From: Promethearchaeota archaeon
GTDB lineage: Archaea > Asgardarchaeota > Lokiarchaeia > Sigyniarchaeales > SOKP01
Direction of reading: 5' to 3'
DNA: 54,748 bases
Assembly (NCBI GenBank): GCA_016840085.1
Contig: JAEOTA010000072.1
Span: 1-54,748 of the forward strand
In this document: positions 17,383 through 28,142 of the stretch, in pieces
How positions within the stretch are numbered: position 1 is the stretch's first letter
How the letters are laid out: each line of letters starts with the position of its first letter
The notes under the pieces: generated by a model
Told to the model about the DNA's origin: nothing
What the model saw: only the letters and a program-made list of their open reading frames with translations
The model's database searches: none
Position numbers and translations under genes: made by a program

Positions 17383-19443
17383 TCATTCAACTTTTGAACC
17401 TAGAGGAATATCTTTATCTGGAGTTAAGATAGATACAGTATCTCCTTCCACAGCAGCAAGCAACATTCCTTCGCTAGTAATTCCTCTTAACTTCCTAGGT
17501 TCTAAATTAGCTAAAATAACAATCTTTTTTCCTTTCAACTCATCTGGATTGTAATGTTGAGCTAAGCCTGCTACTAAAATTCTTTTTTCTGTACCTAAAT
17601 CAATTGTTATTTTATATAGTTTATCCGCTTTAGGTACTTTTTCAACCTCTTCTACTTTAGCAACTCTTATATCTAATTTTTGGAAATCATCATAAGATAT
17701 CAGTTCTTTCTCACCTTCTTTTGGTTTTCCTTCTTTTAATTTTACATATTCTTTCTTTATTTCTTCAATATCTAATTTTTGAAAAAATGGTTTAGGTTTC
17801 TTAATATTTTGCCCTACTTTCACAGAATTTTCATTTACACTATCCCATTTAAGTTCTGATAATTTTGGAGCATTCAAATTAGATAGAATCTTTTCAGAAG
17901 TTTCTGGAATAAAGGGCCCTAATAAAATTGCCAACGCATATACTACCTGAGCACAAATATTAAACACATGTCCCGCAGCTTTTTTATTTTTCTTAATTAA
18001 ATGCCAAGGAGCTTTTTCATTTAAATAAATATTTCCTTCTTTTCCAAAACTGACTATATCTCTTATTGCTTTTCTTAATTTAAAATTAAGTAAACTTTCT
18101 CCTACTTCTATACCAATATTAGTTAATTTTTCTACAAATTTTTTGTCTATCTCATCATATTCTATCTTTTCCGGAATCCTAAGATTAAACTGCTTTTCAA
18201 TAAAAGTTAAAGTTCGATGGATAAAATTACCAATGTTATCGTTTAAAGTTTTAATATTATTTTCAAATTCAGACCATAAAAAAGACGTATCACTAGTTTC
18301 TGGACGGTTAAATATTAGATTAAACCTCCAATAATCTAGAGGTGCCAATTTTAAAGCATCATCAATCCAAATTCCAATCCCTCGTGATTTAGAAAACTTC
18401 TCACTATCATACATTAAAAATTCTGTGGATGATACATTATAAGGCAATACAAGTTTTTCACTATCCTCTTTGTTATCATTATATGCTATTAATAAACCTG
18501 GGAATACAATCAAATGAAATATAATATTATCTTTTCCTATAAAGAATACTGTTTTTGTCTCTTGATCCTTCCAGAAGTATTCGAATTTCTCAGGTTCTCC
18601 AATCAACTTATCTGCCCATTCTTTTACAGCAGTTATATACCCTAATACAGCTTCAAACCATACATAAATTGTTTTATTTTCAGCTCCCTTGAAGGGTGCA
18701 GGAATCCCCCATTCTAGATCTCGTGTAATGGCACGTTCAGGTAATCCCTCTGCAATGCTATTTAAACACATTTGTCTTGCGTTAGAAGGTATAATTTTAT
18801 TCTCTTCAATTAATCTTTTCAATTGATCCTGTAATTTAGGTAAATCCAAATACCAATGTTTCGTTTTTCTAATTACCGGAGTATTTCCACAAATTGCACA
18901 TCTTGGTTTTATCAATTCTAATGGTGTTAGTAACTTTTGGCACTTATCACACTGATCTCCTCTAGCCCCCTCATCTTTACAGTTAGGACAAGTCCCTTCT
19001 ACAAATCTATCAGGCAAGAATAAGTTATCATTTTCACAATAAAGTGATTCTATTTCTTTTTCATTTATATACCCATTTTTCTGTATATCTAAATACATTT
19101 TCTGAACAAATTCAATATGGGTGGGATTATGAGTTATTGTGTAATTATCAAAAGATATTTGCCATTTTTCATGTAAATCTTTTATAATGTTATGATATTT
19201 CATAGCTAATTCTTCAGCAGAAACATTAACTCTTTTAGCTTCAACTGAAATAGGTGTTCCATGAGAATCAGATCCAGAGACAAATACTACCTCTTCTCCT
19301 TTCATTCTCAGGAATCTTGTAAATACATCTGCTGACAATGTACTTCCAATTAAATTACCTAAATGAGGTGTAGCATTTACATAAGGCCACGCAGAAGTAA
19401 CAACCCATTTTCCTTTATGATTATTAGTTAATTGAATCACCAA
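17383..19443 (-). CDS. metG: Methionine--tRNA ligase with C-terminal tRNA-binding OB domain
   Basis: TSAWPYVN, HLGN (HIGH), Zn knuckles, VWFEA, GKDN, KFSKS, C-terminal LRGITSEGMLL. Confidence 0.98.
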   Translation of the reverse strand: MVIQLTNNHKGKWVVTSAWPYVNATPHLGNLIGSTLSADVFTRFLRMKGEEVVFVSGSDSHGTPISVEAKRVNVSAEELAMKYHNIIKDLHEKWQISFDNYTITHNPTHIEFVQKMYLDIQKNGYINEKEIESLYCENDNLFLPDRFVEGTCPNCKDEGARGDQCDKCQKLLTPLELIKPRCAICGNTPVIRKTKHWYLDLPKLQDQLKRLIEENKIIPSNARQMCLNSIAEGLPERAITRDLEWGIPAPFKGAENKTIYVWFEAVLGYITAVKEWADKLIGEPEKFEYFWKDQETKTVFFIGKDNIIFHLIVFPGLLIAYNDNKEDSEKLVLPYNVSSTEFLMYDSEKFSKSRGIGIWIDDALKLAPLDYWRFNLIFNRPETSDTSFLWSEFENNIKTLNDNIGNFIHRTLTFIEKQFNLRIPEKIEYDEIDKKFVEKLTNIGIEVGESLLNFKLRKAIRDIVSFGKEGNIYLNEKAPWHLIKKNKKAAGHVFNICAQVVYALAILLGPFIPETSEKILSNLNAPKLSELKWDSVNENSVKVGQNIKKPKPFFQKLDIEEIKKEYVKLKEGKPKEGEKELISYDDFQKLDIRVAKVEEVEKVPKADKLYKITIDLGTEKRILVAGLAQHYNPDELKGKKIVILANLEPRKLRGITSEGMLLAAVEGDTVSILTPDKDIPLGSKVE

Positions 19444-19534
19444 TTTACTCTCGTTTATATATAAAACGAATAGTAGCTTAAATATTTTAAAGAAAAAGAT
19501 TTTTTGGTTTTATATTTCTTTTATTAATAATATG

Positions 19535-20716
19535 TTAATCAGAAATGATATTAGCACCACAGTACCTGCAAGCATGAATTTCCTTATTCATTTTTTCTAA
19601 ACAAGGTTCATGATAATATGCATGACATTTCTCACATTGATATACTTTAAAATCACCTAAAAAAATGCTATGACAATATGAACAAGAAGCATCTATTTGA
19701 TCTATTTTTTGATTTGGAATTAGTATCATCTTCGTTTCTAATGCGTCATCTTCATCTATAATTTTTATTTGTTGCATTACTTCTTCATTATTTTTAATAA
19801 ATTTCAAAGCTGCTTGTGGTAATTCTAATAGAAAAAAGCAGAAAGGGCATCGAAAAACGTGTTCTTTATATTCACTTTTTTTTGCCCACATAGCAGCACA
19901 TGATAAATGCATAGCTCTTTCACACGAAGGGCAATAACGTCCCTCACTATAGAAATCCGCTCCTGTTATTGGGGCTTTACTTGAATGACAAATTTGACAC
20001 TTTTCTTGTGCTTTTTCTTTTCTGTTCATTATTAATCGGATTTCTAAAATTGTAGGTCTTCTTAATGGCAATGCTATGTCGCTAACTAAAGGAGCAATTT
20101 TATCTTTTCCTTCTGGAGAAAACGGATCTGTTGTTTCTTTGACATCCTTCTTTGATGCAAATGCTTTACCTGCATTTATTAATGCTTTAGAATTATTAAA
20201 ATAACCATATTCCGCATTCGTTAATTGAGTGATCCTTTTTAACATATTTTCTTCGAAGTCTTGAGATCCACCTAATTGGCAAGCATCAATGAAAACTCCT
20301 AATCCCTTAGCAATATTAATCATTTTTTCTAGTCTTCTTGGTTCAATAATTAATTTATTATCGCTAATGATAAATATTCGGGGTGTTTTGCCTCCAATTT
20401 TACGCATCTCTTCGACTAAAACTTGTAAAGCAAAAGCAATTCCTTCATGTAAAACACCTCTTCCAGAAATTCGCACTTTTTTTAATGAATTTATTAGTTT
20501 TTCTTGTTCAAACGCAAAATTAATCAATTTTTTTGGAGTTTCTCCTAATGTAATTATAGAAATTCTGTCTTTCATATCAATCGACAGTTTAGTTTGAATA
20601 AAATTTTTTGCAGCTTGAAGTTCAATTGCTAATCTGCTTGGTTTAAAATCTTTTCTGAGCATAGACCTAGACGTGTCTAAAAGGAGAATTGTATCTTCTA
20701 TTTTCAACTCTGGCAA
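19535..20716 (-). CDS. vWA domain plus two RING/PHD-like Zn fingers (Ssl1/p44- or Rpn10-like vWA)
   Basis: LDTSRSM..DFKPSRL MIDAS; CQIC..CPSC..H..C..W..CPFC; CSYC..YQCEKC..H..C..HACRYC. Confidence 0.8.
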   Translation of the reverse strand: MPELKIEDTILLLDTSRSMLRKDFKPSRLAIELQAAKNFIQTKLSIDMKDRISIITLGETPKKLINFAFEQEKLINSLKKVRISGRGVLHEGIAFALQVLVEEMRKIGGKTPRIFIISDNKLIIEPRRLEKMINIAKGLGVFIDACQLGGSQDFEENMLKRITQLTNAEYGYFNNSKALINAGKAFASKKDVKETTDPFSPEGKDKIAPLVSDIALPLRRPTILEIRLIMNRKEKAQEKCQICHSSKAPITGADFYSEGRYCPSCERAMHLSCAAMWAKKSEYKEHVFRCPFCFFLLELPQAALKFIKNNEEVMQQIKIIDEDDALETKMILIPNQKIDQIDASCSYCHSIFLGDFKVYQCEKCHAYYHEPCLEKMNKEIHACRYCGANIISD

Positions 20717-20839
20717 ATTTCTCTAAAATTACCTTAGATATTTAGAATTAATAAATTAATAGAAGTAAAATCTTATAAATTTCTATATTTTTCTTAGAAT
20801 TTCCAAGAAGTTGAGTTAAATTGCCAAATCTAATCAATT

Positions 20840-22186
20840 TTACTTCAAGAAATCATAAGCAAATAACGAATAAACTTTAATTGCATTAATGAAATCCTGA
20901 ATTGATATATATTCATTAATTGCATGAGCAGTTCCTGCCATCCCTGGTCCAAATAATATTGTTGAATTGCAATAATTGCTATTACGATAATAAGCAGCAT
21001 CAGCACTTGCAGGTAAGAAGAAATAGATAGGTGTTTTTTCATAAACTTTTTCTATGATATTGTGGAAACGTGTCAAAACTGTAGAATTTCTCCAATTTTC
21101 CCAATATGATGCCTCACCTTGCTTAAGCACTTCTATATATACAAATATTTCTTCAGGACTCCCCGTAGGCTTTTCTTTAATTTGATAACCTAAATTATTG
21201 ACTAATTTTCTTAATGCATTTAATACCATTTCAGTTGTTTGACCCGGTAATAATCTAAAATCCATCACTGCTTCACATTTATTGGGAATAACATTTGGTT
21301 TTATACCTCCATTAATCATAGTTAAACTTTTCGCAAAAAGAGTGTTAGCTTTGATGACATTCTGTAATAAAGGTTGTTCACTTAGTATTTTCTCAAAGAT
21401 ATCTTTACTAGGAAATGCTTCACTCATTTGCTTTTTTAATTCACTTGAGGACATTGGAGGTTCAATTTTAGGAATATTATCCTTTAATTTTTCTAGATTT
21501 TGAATTATTTCGCTCATCATATAAATTGCATTTTTTCCCATAAATGGTGCAGATGCATGACATGAAATTCCATTTGTAACTATTTTTAGTTCAATACGCC
21601 CTTTCTCTCCAAGTATTATGGCTTTTGGCAATGGATCTAACCCTGATGGTTCTCCAATAACAGCAAAATCACACTTTTGAGTAGTTAATTTATTTTTAAG
21701 GACCCATCCTGTTCCAAGTACCCCTCCTGTTTCTTCATCTGCTACTGCCGTTAAAATAAGGTTTCCAGATAGTTTTAAATTTAATTTTTTCAATATTTTT
21801 AAAGCGATAACCATAGCAGTCAACCCTCCCTTCATATCTGCCGCACCCCTTCCAAAAACTTTTTTCCGTTTAATGGTTGCTGAAAGAGGAGGATTTTTCC
21901 ATTCTTCTTCGGAACCTGGGGGAACAACATCCATATGTCCATTATATAAGAGATTTTTACCTTCAATGTTATCATTTAAATAAGCAATTAAGTTCGCACG
22001 GTTCTCGCCAAAAGGGAAAATTTCAGATTTTATATTAGAATTTTTTAAATATTTATCAATAATTAAAGCTACATTTTTTTCATTTCCAGGAGGATTATAT
22101 GATTCAGCTTGTAAGATGTCTCTTAATAATTGAATATATATATCTTTATTCTGTTCAATTTCATTTAATATTTGATCTTCGCTCAT
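20840..22186 (-). CDS. M20 family metallopeptidase (ArgE/DapE-like)
   Basis: NGHMDVV, GRGAADMKGG, DEETG, GEP, HAS, NVIP, AHAINE. Confidence 0.95.
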   Translation of the reverse strand: MSEDQILNEIEQNKDIYIQLLRDILQAESYNPPGNEKNVALIIDKYLKNSNIKSEIFPFGENRANLIAYLNDNIEGKNLLYNGHMDVVPPGSEEEWKNPPLSATIKRKKVFGRGAADMKGGLTAMVIALKILKKLNLKLSGNLILTAVADEETGGVLGTGWVLKNKLTTQKCDFAVIGEPSGLDPLPKAIILGEKGRIELKIVTNGISCHASAPFMGKNAIYMMSEIIQNLEKLKDNIPKIEPPMSSSELKKQMSEAFPSKDIFEKILSEQPLLQNVIKANTLFAKSLTMINGGIKPNVIPNKCEAVMDFRLLPGQTTEMVLNALRKLVNNLGYQIKEKPTGSPEEIFVYIEVLKQGEASYWENWRNSTVLTRFHNIIEKVYEKTPIYFFLPASADAAYYRNSNYCNSTILFGPGMAGTAHAINEYISIQDFINAIKVYSLFAYDFLK

Positions 22187-22259
22187 TTTTAATTTCCTTC
22201 AACTTAATGGCGTTTTTTAGTACTAAGAAATCATTGTAGTTTTATAATATTTTGTCATT

Positions 22260-25200
22260 TTGACATCTCACGCGATAAACTTAAAAAAATTAGGAAATTT
22301 TAATACTTTTAAATTATTTTATAAACAAAAAATAGGTATTACGGTTATTCTCTTGATTCGACGAAAAAAGGAAATTAAACGCAAATTCTTTGTTTTAATT
22401 TTCATTTCATTAATCCTATTGTCTAATGTGGTAATCCTCCACAATTTCACTAAAAATAAGGGAATAGACGATAATTATTATGATAATGAATTAGATAAAA
22501 ACCCTAAAACTTCTGATCCTAATTTAAATGATTATATTAACGGGACAGGAGTAAATCAAGATGTAAGAATTTATGGAAATAATAAATCTAAAAATTTAAA
22601 TGATAACCAAGAATTTTTTGAGATTCCTACATATAATTCCGATGATATGTATCTCTCATATGGAGATTTTAACTTTACATTTCAAAATAATTTTACAACA
22701 GAGTATATTATAGAAGACAATGATGCTTTATATCCTTTAGGAAATTTCATTTTATATGATTTTAATACAAGCACGGATTATTCTAATATAACATTTCACA
22801 ATGGAACTAGTATTGGTCCATTTAGTAGGTTATATGATAATAGCAATGCTACAGCTAATTCGATTTATGCTTCTACTACTCTTGGTGTTATCAATTTTAC
22901 AATAGCAGCAAATTTTTTCGGCACTACATATTCTTCTCTTAAATTTAATAGCTCACATATATTAGGACTTATTTCAGCTTTAGATCTTAAAATCCTTCAA
23001 GATGTATATTTAACAATAAGATTAAAGGATACAGCAGATTCGACTTGGAAAACTGTCGTAAATCCAACCTTTGTTAATAGTAGTTTAGGAACTCAAAGGA
23101 TAAAAAATAGACTTATTAACACTAATTTGAATCATATTGATTCGTTAGAAAGTTGTTATATACAGTTCATTTTTGAAAATATCACCAGTGATGGTGATAT
23201 ACAGCTCTATCTACATGAATTCAACATGCAATCTACATATGCAATTGATTTACCAATTACTAATACTAGTTACGTTGCATTAGAATTCGATTTAAAGGGC
23301 TTAAATTCTACTATCAATGGATTTTATGCGTGGATAAGGACTTTAGACTTACAAGAAGCATTAAATGCTGAATTAAATATTTCACTTTTTAGAGCTAATA
23401 CAACAGTAATACGTGATGATGATTTATATCCAAATGGTGGAAATTTGCGACTTGAAAGTTTAAAACCTAATATGAGTATTAGTTCTTTAATCGATACAAA
23501 TATAACACAATACAATCAAGATAAACTCTTTTATTTCAGATTTAATACAGGCTACACTTCAGATTTAGAGCTATATAATTATTTCATTGTTATTAAATCT
23601 AATATCTCTAAACCTATATATAGCTTAGTGACCCTTCCATGGACGGGTTATGGAGATAATAAAACAGAACATCAATTAAAAATCTCTAATGATGGAGGGG
23701 GATCATGGAAAAATGCTAAAATTAATATAGATACTATTTCAATACCTCAATTAGATGCTAGTTCTTTTAAATTAAACGTAATAAGAGGTTATATGCCATC
23801 TGATTTCATTGTTAATTATAATCAAACCTTAAGAATTCAAGATTTACCTTTTGAGAATTTAGAGAATAAAACAGCTCCCTATAATGAAAGTTCTTATCTA
23901 ACATGGGGATTAGGTCGATGGAACCACAATTTTACTACTCAAATAGATGATAAAGTGGGTAATAAATTTCAAATTGAACTTAGATGGAATAAAACAATTA
24001 CTAAAGGATTCACATTTAATGTAACTTATTCTATCAATGCATATTGGATTGAAAATGCTTCGGCAACTTATAATGTAATATATAATGAAGATCCTGAATG
24101 GATATTTGAATATAATTTAAGTAAAAGCGATCAAAGATTTACAAATTGGAGTTTTCTTGAATTTTGGTTTGTATATCATACGTATTTTAATGCGCAAAAT
24201 TTAACTAACCCTAATAGTAAAAAAATTCTTAACGTAACAGTTGAACAGACAATTTTAGAAAGGAATCCAGGTAAGTTTAAAATTGTTATTCTTAATACAT
24301 CTATTAATCCAAGCGGTCCATACATCCTAAATTTAACTAGTTTCAATTTCATAAATAGCATGCATAGCTATATCAATTATAATGACACATTATGGGAAAC
24401 AAATGGCTTTATGTATGGAGATAATATTTCTGTTAGTGGAACAGTACAAGATCATGCTTTAAATGCACCTAAAACTGGCAATATAAATGTCACTCTTTTT
24501 TATCCTAATGGTACCACATACCCTACCCCAATATTTAAATCCTCCTCAGGGATAATTAATGGATCTGTTTTGTTTTATGACTTTAACAATTATCCAATTT
24601 TGAATTTAACTAATGACTTAACTGTATTCGGAGAATATCATTTAGGATTCTTCTGGTTTAATGGGTCTGCAATAGGTTGTAAAGAGTTGACAATTTATAT
24701 AGATACCTATGATATTGAATTGGAGGATTTCAATTATTCTTCAGACTTGAATAAGAATATACTTAGTGGAAAAATGAATAATATGGTATATGATAATTAT
24801 ACTATTTTTATTGCCTCTGTAAATGAAACTACTGACAATCCGAACCCAGATTTTTATCCTATAATTAATAATGAAGTAAATGAACAATTTTCTCACGAAA
24901 TTGGAGGTCAACAATTACCTGTAGAGATAAAATCTTTTAATCAAAGTGAAAATATTTTGAATCCTAATGAAACTGTTAATATTAAAACTTCTATTCAAAA
25001 TATTCATCCTTTTATACCTCTTGATGTAAAAATTCAAGTTAATTTAGTATCTTGTGCTAATGAGAAATGGATAATAGCACAAAATACATCTAATTCAGTA
25101 AAACTAAACTTTTCCGGACATCCTGATGATACATATGAATTTAGTGTTAACCTAACAATACCTAATTTAGATATAGCTACGAAAATATGGCCTGGAGTCA

Positions 25201-26462
25201 ATGCGCCAGTTAGATTAGGAGGAGTAAAGACTATAATAACTGTATTTATTGAAGATTCAGACGTTGGGGATTTCATTTCTAAAGATTATTCATTAATGAG
25301 TAATCAAACGAGAGGTCTTTTTGATGGGTACATTATTACTTTGAGAACTGTTGAAGAAACAGGATCACCAAGTATTATAAACGTTTTTGAGAGAAATGAA
25401 TCTATATATTACCCAAATCAGTCTTTAATTATGGTAAATGTTTATGATCGCAATTTTGTAAGCAGTTATAATCAGTTTTACGCAAAATTCTCTTTAAAGC
25501 AAAATAGTAAATTTACTAATATTACAATAACACCTAACAATCCTATTAAAGGTCAGATCTTCAATATTGATTCGATTCTAGCTACTGAATTCGAAGAACC
25601 ATTATCAAATAGAAATATCACTTGTCAATATTATATTAATAAAGAGTGGATAACAGTTGATACAAAATTAAGTGATGATATTGGATATACAATCTTTTCA
25701 ATAAATACTATAGATATTAATTTTACAGAAGATTTAATTGTTAAGGTGTTTTGGAATGGGGATGAAATCAATGGTGTTTCAAAAAATATAACGATAAATG
25801 TAATCCACGAAGTAAACGAATTATCTATTAATATTAACAAAAATATTCCTCAAATTTATAGAAATCGAAAAACTACTATGACAATTACTCTTGATAACAC
25901 TGGTGATTCAAATCTAAGAATTTCAAATATAAATATTTCATTAAGTAATGGATTAGAATTTTTTATTGTGGAAGCAAATTATTTGCAACTCAACTCATTA
26001 TCTCCAGGTGAAAAAACAAGTTTAATTATTGAAATAAAAATAAAAGAAATAAAAAAATTAGAAGTTAATGTCTCTATTGTAGCACAAAACATCATAACCA
26101 ATGAAAGTGCTACATTTTCTCACGAATCTTCATTTAAAATATTTGATCCTCCCATTTATGATTATTTCATCAAATTCTTTAGCTTTTTTATTATATCTCT
26201 AATTGCTTTAATATGGGTTATTGCTCTCGTTTATTCAAGAAGAACTAGGAAAAAAATTGAAACTCCCGTTGAAGAAGCTCCAAAGAGACCAAGACGGGAA
26301 AGATATGTTAAAGTATCTGAATTGAAAAAACCAACACCCCCTAAAATAATTTCAAAGAAAAAAGAAGAACCCAAAGAAATAGCACCTAAGGAAAAAACCG
26401 ATTTAGACACTCTATTAGAAGAAAGAGGCTTAGTAGAGAAAAAAAAGAAGCAGAAGAAATAG
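22260..26462 (+). CDS. Very large membrane-anchored surface glycoprotein
   Basis: N-terminal basic plus hydrophobic segment, beta-rich body with many N-x-S/T sequons, CARDB-like LDNTGD, C-terminal TM and K/P/E-rich tail; true start probably slightly downstream. Confidence 0.85.
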   Translation: MTSHAINLKKLGNFNTFKLFYKQKIGITVILLIRRKKEIKRKFFVLIFISLILLSNVVILHNFTKNKGIDDNYYDNELDKNPKTSDPNLNDYINGTGVNQDVRIYGNNKSKNLNDNQEFFEIPTYNSDDMYLSYGDFNFTFQNNFTTEYIIEDNDALYPLGNFILYDFNTSTDYSNITFHNGTSIGPFSRLYDNSNATANSIYASTTLGVINFTIAANFFGTTYSSLKFNSSHILGLISALDLKILQDVYLTIRLKDTADSTWKTVVNPTFVNSSLGTQRIKNRLINTNLNHIDSLESCYIQFIFENITSDGDIQLYLHEFNMQSTYAIDLPITNTSYVALEFDLKGLNSTINGFYAWIRTLDLQEALNAELNISLFRANTTVIRDDDLYPNGGNLRLESLKPNMSISSLIDTNITQYNQDKLFYFRFNTGYTSDLELYNYFIVIKSNISKPIYSLVTLPWTGYGDNKTEHQLKISNDGGGSWKNAKINIDTISIPQLDASSFKLNVIRGYMPSDFIVNYNQTLRIQDLPFENLENKTAPYNESSYLTWGLGRWNHNFTTQIDDKVGNKFQIELRWNKTITKGFTFNVTYSINAYWIENASATYNVIYNEDPEWIFEYNLSKSDQRFTNWSFLEFWFVYHTYFNAQNLTNPNSKKILNVTVEQTILERNPGKFKIVILNTSINPSGPYILNLTSFNFINSMHSYINYNDTLWETNGFMYGDNISVSGTVQDHALNAPKTGNINVTLFYPNGTTYPTPIFKSSSGIINGSVLFYDFNNYPILNLTNDLTVFGEYHLGFFWFNGSAIGCKELTIYIDTYDIELEDFNYSSDLNKNILSGKMNNMVYDNYTIFIASVNETTDNPNPDFYPIINNEVNEQFSHEIGGQQLPVEIKSFNQSENILNPNETVNIKTSIQNIHPFIPLDVKIQVNLVSCANEKWIIAQNTSNSVKLNFSGHPDDTYEFSVNLTIPNLDIATKIWPGVNAPVRLGGVKTIITVFIEDSDVGDFISKDYSLMSNQTRGLFDGYIITLRTVEETGSPSIINVFERNESIYYPNQSLIMVNVYDRNFVSSYNQFYAKFSLKQNSKFTNITITPNNPIKGQIFNIDSILATEFEEPLSNRNITCQYYINKEWITVDTKLSDDIGYTIFSINTIDINFTEDLIVKVFWNGDEINGVSKNITINVIHEVNELSININKNIPQIYRNRKTTMTITLDNTGDSNLRISNINISLSNGLEFFIVEANYLQLNSLSPGEKTSLIIEIKIKEIKKLEVNVSIVAQNIITNESATFSHESSFKIFDPPIYDYFIKFFSFFIISLIALIWVIALVYSRRTRKKIETPVEEAPKRPRRERYVKVSELKKPTPPKIISKKKEEPKEIAPKEKTDLDTLLEERGLVEKKKKQKK

Positions 26463-26517
26463 GATATTTTTAAATTAATCCTTCTATTTTTTGTTTAAAT
26501 AAAAGGAGAAAATAAAA

Positions 26518-26871
26518 TTATAAGTTAGATATTGAAATAAGATTACGTTTAAGAAGACCAAGGCTGGCCTTTCCATCTAATCCTGCAAGAGCAATTAAGA
26601 CATTATCTTTTGAACCTACTAAAACAGCAAATCCATTTTGAAGTTCTATTGTGGTAGTTTTAAGAGAACCTTTTCCTATATCATTCCCCAAATTGTTGGA
26701 ATTCTTTATAATTGTTGCACATGCCTTCGCAATTTTAGTATGATCCATATCAGTAATCGTTTGCCCTACTAATACTTTACCATTCGTATCAGCAGCAATC
26801 AATCCTTCTGTTTCAGGCACGATATCCATTAATTCTGCTAACTTTTGCTCTAGAACTTTCTTATCAACCAT
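26518..26871 (-). CDS. Roadblock/LAMTOR/MglB-family protein
   Basis: EGLIAADTNGKVL, IAKACA, IELQNG, C-terminal helix SLGLLK. Confidence 0.85.
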   Translation of the reverse strand: MVDKKVLEQKLAELMDIVPETEGLIAADTNGKVLVGQTITDMDHTKIAKACATIIKNSNNLGNDIGKGSLKTTTIELQNGFAVLVGSKDNVLIALAGLDGKASLGLLKRNLISISNL

Positions 26872-27017
26872 AATAAAAATCCTTATAGAATTATTTCAAT
26901 AGATTTGAATTCTGAAATTGGTAAAGAATTTAAAATTAATAAATATATAGGTTGAAGTAATTTAAATTTATCAAATATATAAAAAAGGAAAAGTGAAAAA
27001 ATTACGTTTTATAGAAT

Positions 27018-27314
27018 TTATTTCAATATAATTAAAATGAGATTCTCCTCAAGTGCGACCATGGTTTCACGTGATTCCCCTCCTTCAGACGTTTCTAATC
27101 TTATGAAGTTCAATTCACCCTCACCTAATGCTTCAACAACTTGTTTTCCCTTGCCGATTAGTGATGTTACATACGCTGCAACCTCTTCACTGAGGTCTAT
27201 CTTCATGTTTGAATCAATTGGTAAACCGCTAGAATCACAAATGATGACACCCCGAATTCCTTCCCTCTCTTCGAAGCGTCTTATGATGTTTTTTACTTCT
27301 TGTCTATTTATAAT
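27018..27314 (-). CDS. Roadblock/LC7 protein (dynein light chain-like) with non-canonical ATT/ATA start
   Basis: Frame extends upstream of the tracked ORF: EVKNIIRRFEEREGIRGVIICDSSGLPIDS..LNFIRLE..ETMVA; AAGGTG lies 8 nt before ATT 27314. Confidence 0.85.
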   Translation of the reverse strand: MINRQEVKNIIRRFEEREGIRGVIICDSSGLPIDSNMKIDLSEEVAAYVTSLIGKGKQVVEALGEGELNFIRLETSEGGESRETMVALEENLILIILK

Positions 27315-27461
27315 CTTGACTACACCTTGAGAAATATATTCTAAATTTTTAATATTATAATAGATTTAATGTTTTTAAAAATTTATATTAAAGTATTTAG
27401 AATTAATTGCTCAGAAAATTTTTCGCTTTGAGAGACAATGCAAAAAAATTAGTTTTTTTTA

Positions 27462-28106
27462 CTAAAGAAAGTATTCTTTGAACATATTATGTTTTCTTTC
27501 TTCTCCGACTGAGGTAAGAAATCCACTGTAGCTATGACCTGAAAATATAAGAAAATTATCCGTAATTTCAGGATTATACATAATTTTATTTTTAATTGAT
27601 GCGAATAACGTATTTGAGTTTCCTCCTCCGAAATCCGATCTCCCGATGCTCCTTCGAAAAATTAAGTCACCTGTAAAAATAATGCCATCAATTTTCTGTC
27701 CCTCATACTCTTTTACATCTTTTGAATAAAAACACAATGAATCAGGTGCATGCCCTGGAGTTTCTAAGACTTGTAAAGTAAATTCACCAATTTTGATTGT
27801 GTCTCCTTCTTTCAACTCTCTATTAGCTCCATCGCTAGAAAATCTTCTAGATTTTTTATGAAACATAATAGGAATATCGTAATAATTCGATACTACTCCA
27901 GCTGCTCCTACGTGATCCCCGTGCCCATGTGTAAGCAGGATAGCGATCGGTTTTACTTCCAATTCTTCGATTATATTGGTAATCCTCTCTGGCTCACTGC
28001 CAGGGTCAATAACTACAACTTCTTTTGTTTCTGATGAACCAAAAATGTAGGTATTAGTAATATAAAATCCAACAACTAGGTGTTTTAATATCAAAAAAAA
28101 AATCAC
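27462..28106 (-). CDS. MBL-fold hydrolase (glyoxalase II-like)
   Basis: THGHGDH, TPGH, FTGD. Confidence 0.93.
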   Translation of the reverse strand: MIFFLILKHLVVGFYITNTYIFGSSETKEVVVIDPGSEPERITNIIEELEVKPIAILLTHGHGDHVGAAGVVSNYYDIPIMFHKKSRRFSSDGANRELKEGDTIKIGEFTLQVLETPGHAPDSLCFYSKDVKEYEGQKIDGIIFTGDLIFRRSIGRSDFGGGNSNTLFASIKNKIMYNPEITDNFLIFSGHSYSGFLTSVGEERKHNMFKEYFL

Positions 28107-28142
28107 TTTTTAGGGAATATAGGTTTAAATATAAGTGAGCAC

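Noticed and set aside
27037-27330. 97-aa plus-strand ORF, and similar short antisense ORFs over hdr, metG, the MFS genes and 44333-44778
   Set aside because: Shadows of well-supported genes on the opposite strand, with no motifs of their own
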